IMG/VR virus record: IMGVR_UViG_3300025395_000007
DNA from: a virus
Reading direction: 5' to 3' (one strand)
Length of the DNA stretch: 64,000 nucleotides
Position numbers and translations under genes: made by a program. The notes beneath the pieces are model-generated. The model saw only the letters and a program-made list of their open reading frames with translations, did no database searches and was not told the DNA's origin. Of the stretch, positions 29,590-39,441 are shown piece after piece (within the stretch, counting starts at the first letter, position 1; every line of letters begins with the position of its first letter).

Positions 29590-29593
29590 CACA

Positions 29594-29601
29594 TATAAAT
29601 A
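29594..29601 (+). promoter_or_regulatory. T4-type late promoter
   Basis: TATAAATA upstream of the gp3-like gene. Confidence 0.8.
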
Positions 29602-29623
29602 GTAGGTGATATTGGAGGAATAT

Positions 29624-30181
29624 ATGTCAGCTGCAGAAAACACCCCATCAAATAAAAACTTTTTATCTCCACTTAATTTTCAATTTCAAATTAAGAAAAC
29701 ACCGTATACTAACTTCTTTATTCAAAAAGTTAATATACCATCTATGGCTCTGCAAGCATCGGAAACACCTACACCATTCGTAAAAACGCCAGCTCCAGGC
29801 GATCATATTAATTTTGGAACTTTAGAAATTACTTTTAAAGTAGATGAAGATTTACAAAATTATCTAGAACTTTTTAATTGGATGACTCATTTAGGATTTG
29901 ATCAAAATTTTAATCAATATTATGATATTGAAAAACAATCTCCTACTAGCGGTAACGGTATATATTCTGACATTTCAGTTACAGCTTTAACGAGTTCACA
30001 TCAACCAAATTATGTTATTTCATATATAGATGCATTTCCTGTAAATCTCGGAGCAATTACTTTTAATACAACTGATCCGAATGTTAATTATATCGAATGT
30101 AGTGCTACTTTTAAATATACGTATTTTACTGTAGAACAAATAAACAGTATTAATGTTTCTATTGTTGGAAATACTGGTTGA
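29624..30181 (+). CDS. gp3: Tail tube terminator / completion protein gp3-like
   Basis: NFLSP..F.F, VNIP, FKVDEDLQNY.E...W, DAFPVNL; GGAGG RBS. Confidence 0.85.
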   Translation: MSAAENTPSNKNFLSPLNFQFQIKKTPYTNFFIQKVNIPSMALQASETPTPFVKTPAPGDHINFGTLEITFKVDEDLQNYLELFNWMTHLGFDQNFNQYYDIEKQSPTSGNGIYSDISVTALTSSHQPNYVISYIDAFPVNLGAITFNTTDPNVNYIECSATFKYTYFTVEQINSINVSIVGNTG

Positions 30182-30206
30182 CTTTTTCTTTATTATGTAG
30201 TATACT
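30178..30206 (+). promoter_or_regulatory. Sigma70-type early/middle promoter
   Basis: TTGACT-17-TATACT upstream of uvsY. Confidence 0.75.
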
Positions 30207-30242
30207 ATATGATAATTGAAACAGTTTCAAAAGAGTTTTATA

Positions 30243-30677
30243 ATGAAAATCGAAGATATTTTTAATCAATGGAAAGAAGATTCTGAAATTGATAAAACAG
30301 AGCTCGGAGATGAAGCTCTTAAAATTCCTAAGTTACATCATAGATATTATCAAATGTTTATTAACGAACGCCTTTTGCTTCGTTCATATGACGCAGAGAT
30401 GAAGCAACTTAAACTTGATAAGTGGGAATTTTACACTCAAGGTCCAAACGAAGAAACAAAAGAAAAAGGTTGGACTTTACCAGCCAAAGGATTAATCCTT
30501 AAAGCTGACATTCCTATGTACATGGAAGCAGATAAAGATATTATTAAACTTTCTCTTAAGATTGGTATTCAACAAGAGAAAATAGAACTATTAGAATCTA
30601 TAATTAAATCATTGACCAATAGAGGGTATAACATCAAGGTGGCTCTTGATCACCAGAAGTTTACTATGGGAGCATAA
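30243..30677 (+). CDS. uvsY: Recombination mediator UvsY
   Basis: W..DS.ID...L..EALKIPKLH..Y, R.YNIK.A; precedes uvsW. Confidence 0.9.
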   Translation: MKIEDIFNQWKEDSEIDKTELGDEALKIPKLHHRYYQMFINERLLLRSYDAEMKQLKLDKWEFYTQGPNEETKEKGWTLPAKGLILKADIPMYMEADKDIIKLSLKIGIQQEKIELLESIIKSLTNRGYNIKVALDHQKFTMGA

Positions 30678-32128
30678 TGGATACAGTAAGCATTGAGAAG
30701 ATTAACGAAGTCTATAATAAAATTCATTGCGATCCATCTATCGCATATGAACTCAATGATTATTTCACATTTGATGTTCCAGGCGCTAAGTTTATGCCTG
30801 CATATAAAAATAAATTTTGGGATGGCAAGGTTAGATTATTTCAGTTAATGACTGGATACCTTTACGCTGGCCTTAATGGTTATGTTGAAGAATTTTGTAG
30901 ATCAAGAAATTATGTCGTTGACTATATCAGCGAATTTGCTTCCACTGAATTTTCAGTAACAGAAGCCAACCAATTTATTAGTAAATTAAATCTTCCAGAA
31001 AAATATATACCTAGAGATTATCAGCTCGAAGCTTTTGTATATGCAGTTCGTAATCGTAGAGCTGTATTATTATCACCAACTGCTTCTGGTAAATCTTTTA
31101 TCATTTATCTCCTTATGAGATATTATAGTGTTAAAACACTTATCATTGTACCAACCACTTCTTTGGTTAGTCAACTATATTCTGATTTTGCAGATTATGG
31201 ATTTCAATCTGACATTTTCTGTCATAGAATTTATTCTGGCCAAGAGAAACATTCTAATCGGCCGATTACTATTTCGACTTGGCAGTCGATATACAAACTT
31301 CCTAAAGATTATTTCTCGCAGTTTGATTTAATCATTGGCGACGAAGCTCATTTATTCAAAGCTAAATCTTTAACATCAATAATGTCTAAGATGGAAACGA
31401 CTCCATATCGTTTTGGTTTCACAGGTACACTTGATGGAGCGCAAACTAATAAACTGGTGTTAGAAGGTTTGTTTGGTCCAGTTCGTAAAGTTATTACGAC
31501 AGCTGAATTGATCGAACAGAAACATGTTGCTGATTTTAAAATTAAAGCAATCGTTCTTTCTTATCCAGAAGAAATCCGCAAAGCCGTTTCTAAAATGGAT
31601 TATCAAACTGAAATGGATTATCTTGTTCGTTTAGAACCTAGAAATAGGTTTATTCGTAATCTTGCATTATCCCTTGAAGGTAATACTTTATTATTGTTTC
31701 AATATGTAGATAAACATGGTAAAGGATTATATGAAGCTCTAAAAAGAGAAACAGATCGTCCAGTGTATTATGTTTCTGGATCTGTCGATGGTGAAGAAAG
31801 AGAAGAGATTCGTAAAATTGTTGAACAACAAAACAATGCAATTATCGTTGCTTCTTATGGAACATTCTCCACTGGTGTAAATATTAAAAATCTCCATAAT
31901 GTTATTTTTTCTTCTCCTTCGAAATCCAGAATAAGAAATCTTCAGTCGATCGGGCGTGGTTTACGTAGGTCGGAAACAAAGACGGAATCAACTCTATATG
32001 ATATATCAGATGATATGTCTCATAATAAAAGAAAGAACTTCACTCTGCTCCACTTTATGGAACGTATTAAAATATACAACGAAGAGAAGTTTCCATACAA
32101 GATCTATAAGATATCGATAACAATCTAA
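30677..32128 (+). CDS. uvsW: DNA helicase UvsW
   Basis: SPTASGKS, DEAH, FTGT, QSIGRGLR. Confidence 0.96.
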   Translation: MDTVSIEKINEVYNKIHCDPSIAYELNDYFTFDVPGAKFMPAYKNKFWDGKVRLFQLMTGYLYAGLNGYVEEFCRSRNYVVDYISEFASTEFSVTEANQFISKLNLPEKYIPRDYQLEAFVYAVRNRRAVLLSPTASGKSFIIYLLMRYYSVKTLIIVPTTSLVSQLYSDFADYGFQSDIFCHRIYSGQEKHSNRPITISTWQSIYKLPKDYFSQFDLIIGDEAHLFKAKSLTSIMSKMETTPYRFGFTGTLDGAQTNKLVLEGLFGPVRKVITTAELIEQKHVADFKIKAIVLSYPEEIRKAVSKMDYQTEMDYLVRLEPRNRFIRNLALSLEGNTLLLFQYVDKHGKGLYEALKRETDRPVYYVSGSVDGEEREEIRKIVEQQNNAIIVASYGTFSTGVNIKNLHNVIFSSPSKSRIRNLQSIGRGLRRSETKTESTLYDISDDMSHNKRKNFTLLHFMERIKIYNEEKFPYKIYKISITI

Positions 32129-32147
32129 TTCATAATGGCACAATGTG

Positions 32148-32175
32148 ATTATACGGCATTTGCCCAAAAAGTCAA
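32148..32175 (-). promoter_or_regulatory. Antisense sigma70-type promoter between uvsW and gp55
   Basis: Minus strand TTGACT-16-TATAAT. Confidence 0.55.
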
Positions 32176-32185
32176 GGGGTAATTT

Positions 32186-32761
32186 ATGGCTAACCGCACT
32201 GGACGTGTAAAAAACTATATTAACAATAAAACGCTCTACAATTCAATGATTGAACACAGAGCTAAATTAAAAGAAGCTCTAGATAACGAGAAAGCAAAGC
32301 CTCAAGTCAGTAACTATATCGGTCAATCTATTCTTTTGATTTGTAACAATTTAGCTAAGAAACCAAACTTTTCTGGATACACTTATAAACAAGATATGAT
32401 CAGTGATGGAATCATTGACTGTATCGCCGCCGTGGATAATTTCAATCCAGATAAAACAAACAACCCATTCGCCTATTTTACTCAGATAGCATGGAATGCT
32501 TTTATTAGAAGAATCCATAAAGAGAAAAAACAAACATATATCAAACATAAGAATTTCGAAAACAGTTTCCTTATGAATGAGTTATGGTCTGACTCTGAGA
32601 ATATGCATCTTAAATCAAACGAATATTCATCTGATGTGGTAAGCAGCTATGAAAATAAGTTGACTAAAATCAAAAAAAATAGTAAACTAAGTGGAGTTGA
32701 AAAATTCTCTGTACTGGACGAGGAAGTTAAAAATGAAGAACTTGCATCTGATACCAATTAA
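32186..32761 (+). CDS. gp55: Late sigma factor gp55
   Basis: NYINNK, PNFSGYTYKQDMISDGI, NPFAYFTQIAWNAF.RRI.KEK. Confidence 0.96.
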   Translation: MANRTGRVKNYINNKTLYNSMIEHRAKLKEALDNEKAKPQVSNYIGQSILLICNNLAKKPNFSGYTYKQDMISDGIIDCIAAVDNFNPDKTNNPFAYFTQIAWNAFIRRIHKEKKQTYIKHKNFENSFLMNELWSDSENMHLKSNEYSSDVVSSYENKLTKIKKNSKLSGVEKFSVLDEEVKNEELASDTN

Positions 32762-32915
32762 TGTTATTGATATTGTTGAAAAATTAAATGCTCAAGGAAT
32801 TCGAGAGAGCGAACGAAATAATTATTTGCTTCGTTTAGAAGCAATTCGCGATTACTGCGAAAATGCTATTAATAAAAATAACAAGCCTGTAAAAAATACG
32901 CGAGCGTTTAAGTGA
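32733..32915 (+). CDS. Small hypothetical protein
   Basis: GAGGA RBS; fills the gp55-gp47 gap. Confidence 0.6.
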   Translation: MKNLHLIPINVIDIVEKLNAQGIRESERNNYLLRLEAIRDYCENAINKNNKPVKNTRAFK

Positions 32916-33976
32916 AAATTGCTTTAATAACAGACACCCACTGGGGGATTAGAAATGACTCAATCGCATTCCAAGACAACTCCAAACGATTCCTCGATGA
33001 TATATTCTTTCCTACTTTACTTCGTGATGGGATCGGCAATGTCCTGCATTTGGGGGACTTGGTTGATCGCCGCAAATACGTTAATTTTCTCACTGCAAAA
33101 AGACTCAGGGAAGATTTCCTAGAACCATTAAAGCAAAATAATATTCACATGGATATTATTGCAGGCAACCATGATGTGTTTTATAAAAATACAAACAAGG
33201 TTAATGCTTTAACGGAATTGGTTACTGGTAATTATAACAACATTAGTGTATATACAGATCCAACTGAAATTTCATATAATGGAACAAAGATGTTGTTGCT
33301 GCCATGGATCTGTGATGAAAATAGAGAACAGTCTTTAAAATTTATAAAGGAAACAGATGCGCAAATCGCTATGGGGCATTTGGAGCTTCAAGGTTATGAA
33401 ATGTTTAAAGGTTCTGTTGTTTCACATGGCGATGATCCTTCTTTATTTAATCGGTTTGATATTGTATGCAGTGGTCATTTTCATCATCGTTCAACTGATG
33501 GTCATATATGGTATCTTGGAAGTCATGCGGAGTTTACTTGGTCTGATTGGAATGACCCAAAAGGTTTCCATATCTTCGACACAGAAACTAGAGAATTAAA
33601 ATTTATTAGAAATCCATATACCATGTTTGAAAAGATTTGGTACAACGATACTGATTCTGATTTTCTAAATGCAGATGTTGATTATAGTAAGTATAAAGGC
33701 AAGATAGTAAAGGTTATCGTTCAGAACAAAACTAATCTTTATTGGTTTGATAAGTTTATTGAAAACCTAGAATCTGAAAATCTTCTTGATTTGCAAATCG
33801 TTGAAGATCATTTAAACTTAAACCTTGAAGATGATAACGATATTGTAAATGAAGCTGAGTCAACTATTAATATCTTTAAAAAATATATTGAAGGTATTGA
33901 TACTAAAACTGTAAACAAAGAAAAACTAGAAAAGAAAATCATTGATCTTTATAATGAGGCATTGGCAGTTGAATGA
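32912..33976 (+). CDS. gp47: Recombination nuclease gp47 (Mre11/SbcD-like)
   Basis: DTHWG, GDLVD, GNHD, SGHFH. Confidence 0.95.
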   Translation: MKIALITDTHWGIRNDSIAFQDNSKRFLDDIFFPTLLRDGIGNVLHLGDLVDRRKYVNFLTAKRLREDFLEPLKQNNIHMDIIAGNHDVFYKNTNKVNALTELVTGNYNNISVYTDPTEISYNGTKMLLLPWICDENREQSLKFIKETDAQIAMGHLELQGYEMFKGSVVSHGDDPSLFNRFDIVCSGHFHHRSTDGHIWYLGSHAEFTWSDWNDPKGFHIFDTETRELKFIRNPYTMFEKIWYNDTDSDFLNADVDYSKYKGKIVKVIVQNKTNLYWFDKFIENLESENLLDLQIVEDHLNLNLEDDNDIVNEAESTINIFKKYIEGIDTKTVNKEKLEKKIIDLYNEALAVE

Positions 33977-34200
33977 AAATCATACATATTAACAGAAACA
34001 TCATTCAACAAAATGCTAAACATAATAGAGAAGAGCCTGTTGTGCGTGTTGAAGAAAATGGTGTCGTTAAATATTGCATGGAAGTTGATATAAAAGGACC
34101 ATCGCGTATGGTCTATCGTCCAAATAAACCTAGAACATGTGGCGCAAAACTATGGATCGAAACTGATGCAGAAGTTGAATTAATAGGTGAAAAGCTTTGA
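33973..34200 (+). CDS. Hypothetical protein
   Basis: ATGA-coupled; IHINRN...CGAKLWIET. Confidence 0.7.
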   Translation: MKIIHINRNIIQQNAKHNREEPVVRVEENGVVKYCMEVDIKGPSRMVYRPNKPRTCGAKLWIETDAEVELIGEKL

Positions 34201-35903
34201 TACTTTTTAAAAAAATTAGATATAAAAATTTATTATCTACGGGAAATCTTTTTACTGAGATTGATTTGAACACTCATAACACTTCATTGATTGTTGGTGA
34301 GAACGGTGCTGGCAAATCAACCATCCTTGACGCTTTGTCTTTTGTAATCTTCGGTAAAGCATTCCGTAAGATTAATAAGGCGCAGCTGATCAATACCATA
34401 ACTCAAAAGAACCTTGTGGTTGAAGTTGAGTTTTCTATTGGTACAAATAACTATAAGATCATTCGTGGAACAAAGCCGAATATATTTGAGGTGTATCAAA
34501 ATGATATTATCCTCAATCAATCTGCAGAAATGAAAGACTATCAAGAAATTCTTGAGAAGCAGATTATGAAAGTTAATCATAAATCTTTCTGTCAGGTTGT
34601 AGTTCTTGGGTCAGCTACCTTCCAATCTTTCATGCAGTTGAACACAGCGCAACGTCGCGAGATTATTGAAGACCTTCTTGATCTTCAAATCTTTACAACG
34701 ATGAATTCTCTTTTGAAAGATAAAGTTCTTATCAATAGTGATTCACTTAACACTTGTTCTAATAATAAGAAAATTGCAGAAGAAAAGATTAAACTTATTC
34801 GTGAACATATGCAAGAGATGCAAAATAATAATGATGCTATTATTGCAGAAAAGAAAGAGCGCATTGAAGAAACTAAATCACAGTTAGAAATTTTAACGGC
34901 TCAACAAAATAACATTAATGAGGAAGCTAAAGAATTAGCAAGCCAAACTACTAATCTTGAAACGCTTGAAAATAAAATGTCTAAGCTTCAATCTTTGAAG
35001 CATAAAATTGAAGCTAATCTTGCTATCGTAAATAAAGAAGTCGCTTTCTTTAATAGTCATGACAACTGCCCTACTTGTAAACAGGAAATTGATCATGATT
35101 TTAAATGTGAAGCTATTGATACAAGAAACACTAACATTACTGAAATTCAAGATGGCCTTGATAAACTATCAGCTGAATATGACAAAGTAAACTCTGAAAT
35201 AAAAAATATGAATCTTATTAATAATCAGGTTCGTCAAAAAGTAATAAACTATCACGTTATTGATACTAAAATTAATTCATTGAATACCTATGTTAAACAA
35301 CTTAACAATGAAATTAATTCAATTCAAAAAACTGTAGAAGAACAGGATAATACAAAGATTGGAGATCTTGAAAAAGAATTCTCTGATATCGAGAAAACAC
35401 ATAGTGAGCTTTCTGAAGAAAGGCAGCTTCTTAATGCAGCTGGTGTTTTACTAAAAGATGGCGGTATTAAATCTAAGATCATTAAACAGTATATCCCTGT
35501 TATCAATAAACTGATTAACAAATATCTTTCCGCCATGGAGTTTATGTGTCAGTTTGAACTAGATGAAAACTTCAACGAAACTATTAAGTCTCGTTATAGG
35601 GATGTGTTTAGTTACGAGAGTTTCTCTGAAGGCGAAAAAATGCGTATCGATCTTGCTATCCTGTTTACATGGAGAGCGGTTTCGAAACTTCGTAACTCTA
35701 TCAACACCAACCTTCTTATCATGGATGAGGTATTCGATAGCTCATTGGATTCGAATGGTACAGAAGAATTTTTAAAGATATTAAATAGCTTGACTTTTGA
35801 CACAAATACGTTTATAATAAGTCATAAGACTGATCAACTTTTCGATAAATTCGAACGAGTGATTAAGTTTGAAAAGCATAAGAATTTTTCAAGGATAGCT
35901 TAA
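34197..35903 (+). CDS. gp46: Recombination ATPase gp46 (Rad50/SbcC-like)
   Basis: GENGAGKST, CPTC zinc hook, FSEGEK, DEVFD. Confidence 0.96.
   Translation: MILFKKIRYKNLLSTGNLFTEIDLNTHNTSLIVGENGAGKSTILDALSFVIFGKAFRKINKAQLINTITQKNLVVEVEFSIGTNNYKIIRGTKPNIFEVYQNDIILNQSAEMKDYQEILEKQIMKVNHKSFCQVVVLGSATFQSFMQLNTAQRREIIEDLLDLQIFTTMNSLLKDKVLINSDSLNTCSNNKKIAEEKIKLIREHMQEMQNNNDAIIAEKKERIEETKSQLEILTAQQNNINEEAKELASQTTNLETLENKMSKLQSLKHKIEANLAIVNKEVAFFNSHDNCPTCKQEIDHDFKCEAIDTRNTNITEIQDGLDKLSAEYDKVNSEIKNMNLINNQVRQKVINYHVIDTKINSLNTYVKQLNNEINSIQKTVEEQDNTKIGDLEKEFSDIEKTHSELSEERQLLNAAGVLLKDGGIKSKIIKQYIPVINKLINKYLSAMEFMCQFELDENFNETIKSRYRDVFSYESFSEGEKMRIDLAILFTWRAVSKLRNSINTNLLIMDEVFDSSLDSNGTEEFLKILNSLTFDTNTFIISHKTDQLFDKFERVIKFEKHKNFSRIA
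35790..35818 (+). promoter_or_regulatory. Intragenic sigma70-type promoter in the gp46 3' end
   Basis: TTGACT-17-TATAAT. Confidence 0.6.
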
Positions 35904-36475
35904 TGTTTGAAACTGTTGTAATTGACGATATCGTGGATACTGTAAAACAAAAACATATCCACGATATGTTAATGACTGCTGACTGGAAATTCCTTATGGA
36001 TGTTAGTGGTGTGCAAAATACATATCCATCGCATGGTTTTGCTCATGTTTTAAAATATCCAAATGGATTACTTTCTCCTTTGTATGAGGAAATCAGCCCT
36101 CATATTTTAGATTCTATTTCTAGTGGCAATTATAAAATTAAAGAGAACTATTATAACCGTTCTTTCCTTCAGCTGCCATTAGCAGCAAAATATATGAAAG
36201 AACACAATGGCATTCATGTGGATCTTCCAAAAGAAATTCCACATGTAGCTTGTGTTTATTATGTAAATAATTCAGACGGTGATACCATTATTTACGAGCA
36301 AACTATTAACGATACTCCAGGCGGCTCGAATAATGTTCAACTCATTGAACATAAAAGAGTTGAACCAAAGCGTGGTCGTATAGTTATGTTTGATGGATCT
36401 AGGTATCACTGTAGCAGTCAACCAACGATTAACTATCGTTGTATCATTAACTTCGATTTAATTATGGAACAATAA
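35903..36475 (+). CDS. 2OG-Fe(II) oxygenase
   Basis: HVD...YYVNNSDGDT...FDG..YH.S...R..INF. Confidence 0.85.
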   Translation: MFETVVIDDIVDTVKQKHIHDMLMTADWKFLMDVSGVQNTYPSHGFAHVLKYPNGLLSPLYEEISPHILDSISSGNYKIKENYYNRSFLQLPLAAKYMKEHNGIHVDLPKEIPHVACVYYVNNSDGDTIIYEQTINDTPGGSNNVQLIEHKRVEPKRGRIVMFDGSRYHCSSQPTINYRCIINFDLIMEQ

Positions 36476-36476
36476 T

Positions 36477-36953
36477 ATGGAATTAGTACCAGCCAACGAT
36501 CCAATCTTAACTAAAGTTTGCGAAACTTTTGATTTTCTTAATCCTCCATTTGACCCTGTTGAATTTTCTCAAGAACTTATTAAGTTTATGTATAGTAAAA
36601 ATGGAGTTGGTTTAGCAGCGAATCAGGTTGGTGTTCCATATCGTATCTTTGCTATGAGAGCAGCCCCTGAAAATTTTGTTTGTTTTAATCCTAAGATTAT
36701 TATGCCAGGAACTGATGAGATTGTTCTTGAAGAAGGATGCTTGACTTTTCCCAAATTATTAGTTAAGATAAAGCGACCTCAACATATTCGTGTTCGATTT
36801 AATACACCGAACGGAGATACATTGACAAAACAGTTTACAGGATTATCTGCTCGTATCTTTCAACATGAACTAGATCATCTTGACGGAATTGTATTTTATA
36901 ATAAAGCAAATCGGTTTCATCGCGAACAAGCATTGAAGAATTGGAAAAAATGA
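36477..36953 (+). CDS. def: Peptide deformylase
   Basis: GVGLAANQVG, EGCLT, QHELDHLDG. Confidence 0.95.
   Translation: MELVPANDPILTKVCETFDFLNPPFDPVEFSQELIKFMYSKNGVGLAANQVGVPYRIFAMRAAPENFVCFNPKIIMPGTDEIVLEEGCLTFPKLLVKIKRPQHIRVRFNTPNGDTLTKQFTGLSARIFQHELDHLDGIVFYNKANRFHREQALKNWKK
36741..36769 (+). promoter_or_regulatory. Intragenic sigma70-type promoter within def
   Basis: TTGACT-17-TAAGAT. Confidence 0.45.
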
Positions 36954-37483
36954 ATATCTTCTATATTGATCATGACCCTATGCAAGCTGCCGAGTGGATG
37001 GTTGATAAACACGTAGTTAAAATGATTCTCGAATCAGCTCAACTACTTTCTACCGCCCATCGCGTTTTAGATGGCAGACAAATCGAAGGCCAATCAAAAA
37101 CTGGCAGAAAAGCTAAACGGTGGATTCTCGATGATGGTCGCGAAGATGTTTTATATTCTGCGACGCATATCAATCATCCATCTGCCGTTTGGTGTCGCGA
37201 ATCAATAGAGAATTATAACTGGCTGGTAGATCACTTCTTTGCTCTCATGAACGAATACACTTATCGTTATGAGAAGCAGCATAAGTGCTATGGTGAAATT
37301 TCATACATGCTTCAATCACCTCCGAAGAATTTAGAAAAATTCGATTGGACAACTATGCCTTCCTGTATGACAGATGAATATATTATATCAAATGATCCAA
37401 TAATCAATTACCGTAATTATTACAAAATCGGTAAAGCAAATTTACACAATTGGAAAAAACGTAAACCACCAGAATGGATTTAA
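36950..37483 (+). CDS. Conserved phage protein, pyrimidine-dimer glycosylase (DenV)-related family
   Basis: MNIFY.D.DP, DKHVVKMILESAQLLSTAH, H.NHP..VW, YRNYY. Confidence 0.6.
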   Translation: MNIFYIDHDPMQAAEWMVDKHVVKMILESAQLLSTAHRVLDGRQIEGQSKTGRKAKRWILDDGREDVLYSATHINHPSAVWCRESIENYNWLVDHFFALMNEYTYRYEKQHKCYGEISYMLQSPPKNLEKFDWTTMPSCMTDEYIISNDPIINYRNYYKIGKANLHNWKKRKPPEWI

Positions 37484-37484
37484 A

Positions 37485-37679
37485 ATGGACGATATTAAAA
37501 TTAAACAAAGAATGAAAGAGCTTATGATACCCATTGATCAGCAGATTATGATGACTGATGATCCAGGTGAAGTTATGATGTTGGCTTGTGCAATGCTATC
37601 AACTGTAAAGCAAATATTTGATTTGCAACTTGGCGTTGATGGAAGAAATAAAATGTTTAGGAGTATTATGGATGAGTAA
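37485..37679 (+). CDS. Hypothetical protein
   Basis: Tightly packed ORF. Confidence 0.65.
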   Translation: MDDIKIKQRMKELMIPIDQQIMMTDDPGEVMMLACAMLSTVKQIFDLQLGVDGRNKMFRSIMDE

Positions 37680-38091
37680 TTGGTTTGAAGATGTAAAGGA
37701 CTTTCACCGCGCATTTGGTCAGCGTATTGGAGATAAGCCAGAATTGGCGCAAGATTTTACTGAGAGAAATCTTAGATGCAGTTTAATGGATGAAGAATTT
37801 AATGAATATATTGAAGCTGAAAATAAACACGATCTTATAAAAGTGGCTGATGCTCTAGCTGACATTATCTACATTGCTCTTGGCACAGCTGTATCATATG
37901 GCATTCCTCTTGATAAAGTATTCGAAGAAGTTCACCGTAGCAATATGGCGAAGCTCGTTGATGGTAAGGTTCTTCGTCGAGAAGATGGCAAGATTCAAAA
38001 GCCAAAGGGTTGGACTCCACCTGATATTGAATATGTGATAAAAAAGACACATGAAGAAAACACTTTACTTAATCAACAAATTGGTTTATAA
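37672..38091 (+). CDS. MazG-like/PRA-PH all-alpha NTP pyrophosphohydrolase
   Basis: EEFNE...ADALADIIY...VHRSNMAK...DGKIQKP.GW.PP. Confidence 0.88.
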   Translation: MSNWFEDVKDFHRAFGQRIGDKPELAQDFTERNLRCSLMDEEFNEYIEAENKHDLIKVADALADIIYIALGTAVSYGIPLDKVFEEVHRSNMAKLVDGKVLRREDGKIQKPKGWTPPDIEYVIKKTHEENTLLNQQIGL

Positions 38092-38092
38092 T
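38064..38092 (+). promoter_or_regulatory. Sigma70-type promoter for the modification operon
   Basis: TTTACT-17-TATAAT upstream of the TET/JBP-like gene. Confidence 0.6.
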
Positions 38093-38136
38093 AATGCATA
38101 TATACGATTATAGATATTATTATAACGGAGAGAAAA

Positions 38137-39441
38137 ATGGTTAGAACACTTGTTGTAAAAAAGCGCGATGTAGAACATGTCCTTGGTACATTCATCACCT
38201 GTGCAGATTATGCCGATGAAATCATTCAAGAAGATTGTGATTTGTATGCAGAATCGCTTGATGGAACTATCTCAGAAGAGAATATTATTTTCAAGTATCG
38301 CAAGAATGTTTTCAGTCAGGAAGAAATGGATGCGGCCTATACTGGTTTGAGAGATGCTGCGACTGAATCACAGAACCGTGGACTTGCCGCTGGTCCTCGT
38401 GGTGAACAACTTGGGGCTGAAGGTCGTGGTAATCGCGATTGGGTTAGCCCAGAACAAATTGAAATCCTTGCCTTTCTTGGTAGGCCATTAAATTCTTTTG
38501 ATGATGGTACTACAATCGAAACGATTAAGGAAAGTCATAAGAAAGGTTCTAAGGAAGAAACTCGCGGTCAGGTATGGCTTCGTTCTGCAGTATTGCAGAA
38601 GTATGAAGAATACCATGGATGGTTTGATAAGTGGCTTGCTGGTATTCATAACCTTTCGCGTGAAGAACAGATGGCTGAAGCAAAGCATATTGTTGAAAAT
38701 TATATTTCAGAAACAAATTATGCACAGTCAGTAATGTCTGGTATTGCTGGATACTTCGATCGTTATCCACGTATTCCATATGGTCGTGCAACTTCATATA
38801 CTGAAAAGAATTATGATAAGTTTGCGCTTGTTTTTCCATATCTTCGCAAACTTAATCAACAATTTAAAGAACTACTTCCTGTACGTTGGGGTGCACAAAA
38901 CGAATGTGCTCAAAAACTCGATCCTCGTTTTCGTATTGATGAAACTGTCTTTACGACATTGACAGTTAATCATAACTGGCGTACAGCTTGTCATAGAGAT
39001 GCTGGAGACTTACATGAAGGATTCTCGAATATTTGCGGCATTACTGGCCCTGAAGGTAAAGGTTGGAAGGGCGCTGAGTTCATTCTTCCAGAATTTGGTA
39101 TCGCTATTAATCTCCAGCCTGGAGATATGTTGCTCGTCAATAATCATGGTGGTATTCACGGTAATGATGCACTTATTGGAGATGATAATGATCGCCTTAC
39201 CTTGGTATCTTATTTCCGCGAAAAGATGCTTGATCTCAAAGCTTGGGATTACGAAAACCTCCGCAAGCAATATGTCGATGAAAGACGAATGAATAAAGAT
39301 CATCCACTTCATCGCCATCTTTGGAATGGTGTTTCTGCAAATATGTGGGATGAACAAGAATGGTATGACTATATGAAGAAGCATAATATTGCTGACCCAT
39401 ATGGCAAAGAAGCAGCAGCGAGCTTGGATTCATTCTTCTAA
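38137..39441 (+). CDS. TET/JBP-like 2OG-Fe(II) nucleic-acid pyrimidine dioxygenase
   Basis: SGIAGYFDRYPRIPYGR.T; FTTLTVN.N.RTACHRDAGD (HxD); PGDMLL...IHGN (H); RLTLVSYFRE (2OG-binding R). Confidence 0.82.
   Translation: MVRTLVVKKRDVEHVLGTFITCADYADEIIQEDCDLYAESLDGTISEENIIFKYRKNVFSQEEMDAAYTGLRDAATESQNRGLAAGPRGEQLGAEGRGNRDWVSPEQIEILAFLGRPLNSFDDGTTIETIKESHKKGSKEETRGQVWLRSAVLQKYEEYHGWFDKWLAGIHNLSREEQMAEAKHIVENYISETNYAQSVMSGIAGYFDRYPRIPYGRATSYTEKNYDKFALVFPYLRKLNQQFKELLPVRWGAQNECAQKLDPRFRIDETVFTTLTVNHNWRTACHRDAGDLHEGFSNICGITGPEGKGWKGAEFILPEFGIAINLQPGDMLLVNNHGGIHGNDALIGDDNDRLTLVSYFREKMLDLKAWDYENLRKQYVDERRMNKDHPLHRHLWNGVSANMWDEQEWYDYMKKHNIADPYGKEAAASLDSFF

Noticed and set aside
35903-36475. Second 2OG-Fe(II) oxygenase as part of the DNA modification locus
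   Set aside because: It is a short, generic phage-type oxygenase separated from the locus by def and other genes and has no TET/JBP features; a link cannot be supported.
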